This document shows, in pieces, positions 42,402 to 64,000 of a stretch of DNA of 64,000 nt (position 1 is its first letter; the number at the start of each line of letters is the position of its first letter). The notes below the pieces were generated by a model. It did no database searches and was not told the origin of the DNA. It saw only the letters and a list, made by a program, of their open reading frames with translations. The DNA is taken from positions 29,152,001 through 29,216,000 of the forward strand of contig CP086569.2 of NCBI GenBank assembly GCA_009914755.4, given 5' to 3'. The translations under genes and the position numbers were made by a program. This DNA comes from the human T2T-CHM13v2.0 reference genome, Homo sapiens.

Positions 42402-45400
42402 TTGTTTCCATTCTCTTCGATTCCATTTCTTTATATTCCATGCCATTCGATTCCATTCTATTGGATTGCATTACATTCGTGTTCATTCCATTCCAGACCA
42501 TTCCATTTGACTCCATTCCTTTCGAGCCCTTTCAATTTGAGTCCATTCCTTTCCAGTCCATTTCACTCCAGTCCATTACTATCCATTCCATACCATTCCA
42601 TGCCATTCCATTCCATTCCATTCCATTGCATTCCATTCCATTCCATTCCATTGCACTGCACTCCATTCCATTACATTCTATTCTATTTGAGTCGATTTTA
42701 TTGCATTAGATTCTATTCCATTGGATTACTTTCCATTCGATTACATTCCATTCATGTACATTCCATTCCAGTCAATTACATTCGAGTTCATTACGTTACA
42801 TTCCAGTATATTCCATTGTATTCGATCCCATTCCTTTCAATTCCATTTCATTCGACTCCATTATATTCGATTCCATTCCACTCGAATCCATTCCATTAGA
42901 GGACATTCCATTCCAATGCATTCCATTCCATTCCATAGCATTCCATTGCATTCGATTCCATTCCATTTGATGCCATTCCATTTGATGCCATTCCATGACA
43001 TTCCATTCCATTCGAGTCCATTCCGTTCCAATTCATTCCATTCCGTTTCATAAAATTCGAGTCCTTCCCAGTACATTTCATTCCAATCCCATCCAATCCC
43101 ATCTACTCCATTCAATTCCTTTCCATTCCATTTGATTAGATTCCATTGATTTGATTCCATTCACTTTGATTCCATTCCGTGAAATTTCGTTCCCTTCTAT
43201 TCCATTGCATTACTTTCCATTCAATTCCATTCCATTTCATTTCAGTCCATTCGCTTCCTTTCCTTTCGATTCAATTCCATTTGATTCCACTCCATTCTAT
43301 GCGATTTCATTCCAATCGATTCAATTCCATTCGATGACATTCCTTTCGTTTCCATTCCATTCGAGTCCATTCAATTTGAGCATTCGTGTCCATTCTATTC
43401 GAGTCCATTCCATTACCGTCTATTCTATTCCCTTCCATTCCTGTTGATTCAATTTCATTCCCTTCCATTCGATTCCTTTCCATTCGATTCCATTCCTTTC
43501 CATTCCATTCCATTCGTTCCCATTCCATGTGATTTCATTCCATTCCAGTCCATTATATTCGAGTCCACTCCACTCCATTCCATTACATTCAATTCCTTTT
43601 GAGTCCGTTCCATAACACTCCATTCATTTCGATTCCATTTCTTGCCAGTTTTCTTCCATTTTATTCCATTCCGTTCGATTCCATTCCATTCGATTGCATT
43701 CCATTCGAATCCTTTCCATTCCATTTCATTCCATTCCTTTCTATTCCATTCCATTTCATTCGATTTGATTCCATTCTGTTCTATTCCATTCAATTCTTTT
43801 TCATTCCATTCGAATCCTTTCTATTGCAGTCCATTCCATTCGAGTCCATTCCAATCCCTTCCATTCCATTCCATTACAGTCCATTCCAATAGATTCCATT
43901 CCTTTGCCTTCCATTCGAATCCATTCCATTCTAGTCCATTCCATTTGAGTCAATTCCATTCCATTCCATTCTATTCCTTTCCAATCCATTCGATTCCATT
44001 CGATTCAATTCCATTTGATTCTCTTCCATTCTATTTTATTCCATGCCATTTGATTGCATTGCATTCCATTCCGTTTGATTCCAGTCCATTCAAGAAAGTT
44101 CCATTCCAGTCCATTGCTTTCCAGTCCATTCCATTCCACTCTAGTCTATTCCACTCCATTCCTTTCCATTCCATTCCATACTATTCCATTCCATTCCTTT
44201 GCATTCCGTTTCCTATCTATTCGAGTTCATTGCATTCCAGTCCAATCCATTCGATTACATTCCTTTTGATTCCCTGCCAGTCGATTGCATTGCATACTAG
44301 ACCATTCCAAAGGAGTCCATTCCATTCTATTTCAAAACTTTCCATTCCACTCTGTTCGAGTCCATTCCATTCCAGTCCATTTAATTCAAGGGCATTCCAT
44401 TCCATTCCATTCCATTCCATTTCATATTATTCCATTTCATTCAATTCCATTCCAGATGATTCCATTCCATTCTATACCATTGCTCTCTGTTCCATTCCAT
44501 TCCATCTGTCTGCATTCCTTTCGTTTCGATTCCTTTCCATTCCATTCCATTACATTTGATCTTATTTTATTAAATTGCATTCTATTCGAGTGATTTCCAT
44601 TCGAGTCCTTTCCATTCGATTCCATTCCATTCTATTCCATTCCTTTGGATTCCATTCCATTCCGTTCCGTTCACATCAATTCCTTGCGATTCCATTCCAT
44701 TCGATTTCTTGCCATTCGATTCCATTCCTTTTGACTCCATTTCATTCGATTCCATTCCATTCCATTAATTTCCATTCCATTCGAGACCTTTCCATTGCAG
44801 TCTTTTCCCTTCGAGTCCATTCCGTTCGATTCCCTTCCATTCGATTCCATTCCATTGGAGTCCGTACCAGTCGAGTCCATTCTATTCCAGTCCATTAGTT
44901 TCGACTCCATTGCATTCGAGTGCATTCCATTCCGTGGCTGTCCATTCCATTCCGTTTGATGCCATTCCATACGATTCCATTCAATTCGAGACCATTCTAT
45001 TCCTGTCCATTCCTTGTGGTTCGATTCCATTTCACTCTAGTCCATTCCATTCCATTCAATTCCATTCGACTCTATTCCGTTCCATTCAATTCCATTCCAT
45101 TCGATTCCATTTTTGTCGAGAACCTTCCATTACACTCCCTTCCATTCCAGTGCATTCCATTCCAGTCTCTTCAGTTCGATTCCATTCCATTCGTTTCGAT
45201 TCCTTTCCATTCCAGCCCATTCCATTCCATTCCATTCCTTTCCTTTCCGTTTCATTAGATTCCATTGCATTCGATTCCATTCAATTCAATTCCGTGCTAT
45301 TCAATTTGTTTCATTTCCATTTGATTCCATTCCATTAGATTCCATTCCGTTCGATTCCATTCCTTTCGAATCCATTCCATTGGAGTCCATTCACTTCCAG

Positions 45401-45945
45401 AACATTCCATTCCAGTCGAATCCATTCGAGTACATTCCATTAAAGTTCATTACATTCTAATACATTCCATTCCATTGCATTCCATTCCATTCCATTCGAT
45501 GCCATTCGATTCCATTCCATGCCAAATCATTGCATTCCTTTCCATTCCATTCCTATCAATTCCATTCCATTCGATTTAGTTCGATTCTATTCACTTCCAT
45601 TCCATTCGATTCCATTCCATTGGAGTCAATTCCTTTCGACACCCAGCCTTTCCAGTCAATGATTTTGGATTCCATTTTTTTGCATTCCATTACATTCTAT
45701 GACATTCGATTCCGTTTCATTGCATTCCATTCCATACATTTTTATTCCATTCGAGACCGTAGCATTCCACTTTATTCCAGGCCTGTCCATTACACTACAT
45801 TCCCTTCCATTCCAATGAATTCCATTCCATTCCAATCCATTCCTTTCCTTTCGCTTGCATTCCATTCTATTCTCTTCTACTGCATACAATTTCACTCCAT
45901 TCGTTCCCATTTCATTCAATTCCATTCCATTCAATTCCATTCCAT
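42402..45945. repeat. DYZ1/HSat3 HOR unit U13 (3544 bp; type A)
   Basis: Marker at 42402 and 45946. Extra 'ccattcgattccattccattcgattcc' pentamer duplication at ~41540 in the preceding unit and similar small indels. Confidence 0.75.
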
Positions 45946-47764
45946 TTGTTTCCATTCTCTTCGATTCCATTTCTTATATTCCATGCCATTCGATTCCATT
46001 CTATTGGATTGCATTACATTCGTGTTCATTCCATTCCAGACCATTCCATTTAACTCCATTCCTTTCGAGCCCTTTCAATTTGAGTCCATTCCTTTCCAGT
46101 CCATTTCACTCCAGTCCATTACTATCCATTCCATACCATTCCATCCCATTGCATTCCATTCCATTCCATTGCATTGCATTCCATTCCATTCCATTCCATT
46201 GCACTGCACTCCATTCCATTACATTCTATTCTATTTGAGTCGATTTTATTGCATTAGATTCTATTCCATTGGATTACTTTCCATTCGATTACATTCCATT
46301 CATGTACATTCCATTCCAGTGAATTACAATCGAGTTCATTACATTACATTCCAGTATATTCCATTGTGTTCGATCCCATTCCTTTCAATTCCATTTCATT
46401 CGACTCCATTATATTCGATTCCATTCCACTCGAATCCATTCCATTAGAGGACATTCCATTCCAATGCATTCCATTCCATTCCAAAGCATTCCATTGCATT
46501 CGATTCCATTCCATTTGATGCCATTCCATGACATTCCATTCCATTCGAGTCCATTCCGTTCCAATTCATTCCATTCCGTTTCATGAAATTCGAGTCCTTT
46601 CCATTCCATTTCATTCCAATCCCATCCAATCCAATCTACTCCATTCAATTCCTTTCCATTCCATTTGATTATATTCCATTGATTTGATTCCATTCAGTTT
46701 GATTCCATTCCGTGAAATTTCGTTCCATTCTATTCCATTGCATTACTTTCCATTCAATTCCATTCCATTTCATTTCAGTCCATTCGCTTCCTTTCCTTTC
46801 GATTCAATTCTATTTTATTCCACTCCATTCTATGCGATTTCATTCCAATCGATTCAATTCCATTCGATGACATTCCTTTCGTTTCCATTCCCTTCGAGTC
46901 CATTCAATTTGAGCATTCGTGTCCATTCTATTCGAGTCCATTCCATTACCGTCTATTCTATTCCCTTCCATTCCTGTTGATTCAATTTCATTCCCTTCCA
47001 TTCGATTCCTTTCCATTCGATTCCATTCCTTTCCATTCCATTCCATTCGTTCCCATTCCATGTGATTTCATTCCATTCCAGTCCATTATATTCGAGTCCA
47101 CTCCACTCCATTCTATTACATTCAATTCCTTTTGAGTCCGTTCCATAACACTCCATTCATTTCGATTCCTTTTCTTGCCAGTTTTCTTCCATTTTATTCC
47201 ATTCCGTTCGATTCCATTCCACTCGATTGCATTCCATTCGAATCCTTTCTATTCCATTCCATTTCATTCGATTTGATTCCATTCTGTTCTATTCCATTCA
47301 ATTCTTTTTCATTCCATTCGAATCCTTTCTATTGCAGTCCATTCCATTCGATTCCATTCCAACCCCTTCGATTCCATTCCATTACAGTCCATTCCAATAG
47401 ATTCCATTCCTTTCCCTTTCATTCTAATCCATTCCATTTGTGTCAATTCCTTTCCAATCCATTCGACTGGATTTGATTCTCTTTCATTCTATTTGATTGC
47501 ATGGCATTCCATTCCGTTTGATTCCAGACCATTCAAGAAAGTTCCATTCCAGTCCATTGCTTTCGAGTCCATTCCATTCTACTCTAGTCTATTCCATTCC
47601 ATTCCTTTCCATTCCATTCCATACTATTCCATTCCATTCCTTTGCATTCCGTTTCCAATCTATTCGAGTCCATTGCATTCCAGTCCAATCCATTCGATTA
47701 TATTCCTTTTAATTCCCTGCTAGTCGATTGCATTGCATACTAGACCATTCCAAAGGAGTCCATA
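45946..47764. repeat. DYZ1/HSat3 terminal HOR unit U14. Truncated ~1.9 kb into the unit and noticeably more diverged, with several pentamer-multiple deletions.
   Basis: Marker at 45946. It ends at 'ccaaaggagtccat', which in U13 lies 1918 bp into the unit (44301-44320) but here only 1818 bp in, so ~100 bp of deletions (e.g. 47221-47260, 47400-47480). Confidence 0.7.
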
Positions 47765-61631
<13,867 letters not shown>

Positions 61632-64000
61632 TTATAGATGATATATATTACATGTTATGTGCTATGCCTTATATGTAACATATAACCTCATATATTTTAT
61701 ATGTCATAGTATATAATATTTATCCGGTGTCATCTTATATATACTATATATATTACATAACATATATAATATATAATACATATTATACATCTTATATATG
61801 AAATTATATAATTATAGATAACATAATACACATTTATATGTATTATGATATATAACAAAGGTACTATATCATATATGATATATAATATATATATTTGTAG
61901 TACATATTATAATTTTTACATATTATAATTTATATAATTATATAATTTTTTATAGAATATAAATAATTATATATGATTATATAATTCTATATATTATAAA
62001 TGAAAATATGTAGAATTACATGTTTATCTAGTTATATGTATAATAATATAATTATATATAGTTATATATATCACATAATAGACAACATACATATTATATA
62101 ATGTATAATATATATTATAGAATATATGATACATGATATATATGATATTTAATATAACATAATATAATCTATATTATAATATTATGTATGTTACTTATAT
62201 TGGGTGATACGTAATATATATTATGTAATAAGAAATAATATAATATATATTATATTATGATATTTTATGTAAATTATGTTATAAAAGTATATATAACATA
62301 ATATATAGTTATATATAATATATTATGTAGTTATATATATTATATTACATATTTACATAAAATATTATACAGTTATATATAATTTCAAATAGTTATATAT
62401 AACAGAATATAAAACATATAGAATACATATCATAAAATATATATTGTATACCATATATATTAGGTATCATATATTGTATGTTATATATCATATACTGTAT
62501 ATCATATATCATATATTATATGTTATATATATCACATTCCACATATTGTATATTATAAATTATACATAATATATTGCATTCTTTATTTTACATGTAATAA
62601 ATTATACATTATAGGTAACATAGTATATATTGTATGTAACCGGTATATTCTATGTAAAATATATAATATATAACATATGTGACATGTAATTAATAACATA
62701 GTCATATAATATATATTTAATATAGGTATTATACATACAACGTATTATATATAATATATAATATGTATTACATATGTCATAAAATATAATATATATTATA
62801 AGTCGCATTTTATATATACAATTATATATTATTATATGTTGTTTTATACTATATATAACATAGACATAATATATATATTATGCATAATGGTTATTTTGTA
62901 TAGCAGATATATTATATATAATATATATAATCTATAATTTATATTTAATACATATATTAACCGTATAATATATTCTATATATGATATATAACATATATAA
63001 TATATGACATAAATTATAATATATACTATATGTCATATTGTATAAATATAAAACTTACATATTATCAATTATTATATTTTATACAATATATATAATATAA
63101 GATGCAGGATGTAAAACAATATTATACATAGGTTATATATATTATATATATGATACTGTATATTATTATATACATAATGTATACGTATGTTTGTGGGTGC
63201 CCTTTTTCCCATCTCATAACGTGTTTTAAGAAGCGCAGCCTAATAACTTGTGGGCTTGGGATTCAGTTCTTGAAACAAAACTCTGAGCCTTCAATGACCT
63301 TTCGGTCTATGTAAAAGCACTCCTGTCTTCCTGGCAGCAGTTGGACCTCACAATGTGGATTGTGCCCTCACCCAGCAATACTTATGCCCTATCGCCATGG
63401 TGACGGAATTAGGGGTCTCCTGCTCTTCGTCCTAACGACCACTGTCTGTGCTGTGTCTTTCAAAGGTCAGAAGAGAATGAACCTTTGTGGTTTTATTTTC
63501 CCTGAGTTTGCTTTTTCTCATGGGGAACCTGTGTTGCTGCTTTGAAGGTATATTCATACTGGCCTTTCAAATGCCAACTCTTCAAATTACTAGTTAAGGT
63601 TTTCAAAATATGTTATTTAAAAAATTATCCTCTGTATTTTCCATATGCAGTTATAAGTAGGTTTCATGGTTATGTTTTATTCCTCAGTTTATACATTTGA
63701 TTATTGTACCAAGCAGAGTACCTTTGAAATTTTTTTTCATTTAAAAAATATGGATCTTGGCTCAGGCCTGTAATCCCAGCAAATTTGGAGGCCAAGGCAA
63801 GGGGATCACAAGGTGAAGAGATCAAGACCATCCTGGCCAATACAGTGAAACGCTGTCACTACTAAAAATCCAAAAAATTAGCTAGGCATGGTGGCAGCTG
63901 CTGTAGTCCCAGTGTGGTGTAGTCCCAGCTACCTGGGAGGCTGAGGGAGGACAATCGCTTGGACCCGTGAGGCAGATGTTGCAGTGAGCAAAGATGGCGC
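61632..64000 (+). repeat. DYZ2 unit 7 (partial; window ends inside the Alu)
   Basis: AT-rich 61632-63189, unique 63190-63758, Alu from 63759 to the window end. Confidence 0.75.
63759..64000 (+). mobile_element. Alu fragment (DYZ2 unit 7), truncated by the window end
   Basis: Same Alu 5' end 'ggctcaggcctgtaatcccagcaaatttggaggccaaggcaagggg...'. The window stops at 'gcaaagatggcgc'. Confidence 0.8.

Larger units (their letters stand above)
1..47764. repeat. DYZ1: HSat3 pentameric satellite array: (CCATT)n on + strand = (ATTCC)n/(GGAAT)n. Organised as ~3.5 kb higher-order repeats. Consistent with human Y-chromosome DYZ1 (Yq12).
   Basis: Seen in sequence: near-continuous degenerate CCATT/CCATTC pentamers, with pure runs of up to ~10 pentamers (e.g. 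241-300). The ORF 'MFPFSSIPFLYIPCHS' recurs at 45, 3580, 7100, 10635, 14155, 17659, 24712, 28256, 31800, 35309, 38853, 42402 and 45946, giving a period of 3504-3549 bp. Established knowledge: DYZ1 is a ~3.56 kb TTCCA-based HaeIII repeat on Yq12, classified as HSat3. Confidence 0.85.

Noticed and set aside
45-47723. Hundreds of overlapping 60-300 aa ORFs on both strands, with products such as 'IPFHSIPFHS...' on the plus strand and 'MEWNGMEWNG...' on the minus strand
   Set aside because: These are periodic-translation artefacts. The 5-nt CCATT repeat contains no in-frame stop codon in most registers, so every frame yields long stop-free stretches encoding a 5-residue periodic peptide. The ORFs overlap one another in all frames, recur with the 3.5 kb HOR period, use non-ATG starts, and have no composition or context resembling genes.
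1-47764. Alpha-satellite or centromeric identity (CENP-B box, 171-bp monomers)
   Set aside because: There is no 171-bp periodicity and no CENP-B box-like 17-mer. The motif is the pentamer CCATT, which is HSat2/3 and not alpha satellite.
1-47764. Heat-shock elements (nGAAnnTTCn) that could make this an HSF1-bound stress-transcribed SatIII locus
   Set aside because: GAA/TTC triplets are abundant simply because of the GGAAT motif. I could not verify canonical inverted nGAAn spacing by eye. Stress-induced SatIII transcription is established mainly for 9q12, and nothing in the sequence itself supports it here.

Overview
This window is not prokaryotic or gene-bearing DNA. It is two abutting primate (almost certainly human) satellite arrays, so the six-frame ORF track is entirely an artefact of periodic low-complexity sequence and I found no previously undescribed system here.

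(1) Positions 1-47764 are an uninterrupted array of the pentameric satellite (CCATT)n = (ATTCC)n/(GGAAT)n, i.e. Human Satellite 3. It is organised into a ~3.50-3.55 kb higher-order repeat (HOR), with about 13.5 copies in one orientation and 97-99% identity between copies.

(2) Positions 47765-64000 are a different tandem repeat with a ~2.42 kb unit. Each unit holds a ~1.56 kb extremely AT-rich module, a ~565 bp mixed-composition 'unique' module, and a ~291 bp 5'-truncated, CpG-decayed Alu ending in poly(A). About 6.7 copies are present, >98% identical in the interior.

A 3.5 kb HSat3 HOR directly abutting a 2.4 kb AT-rich+Alu repeat is the signature of the human Yq12 heterochromatic blocks DYZ1 (HSat3) and DYZ2 (HSat1B). 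The window captures one DYZ1->DYZ2 junction at ~47764.

The points worth a second look are the exact junction structure, the sequence-divergent edge copies on both sides of it, HOR sub-families inside the DYZ1 block (including loss of the HaeIII site in U1-U3), and the Alu co-amplified as part of the DYZ2 unit.
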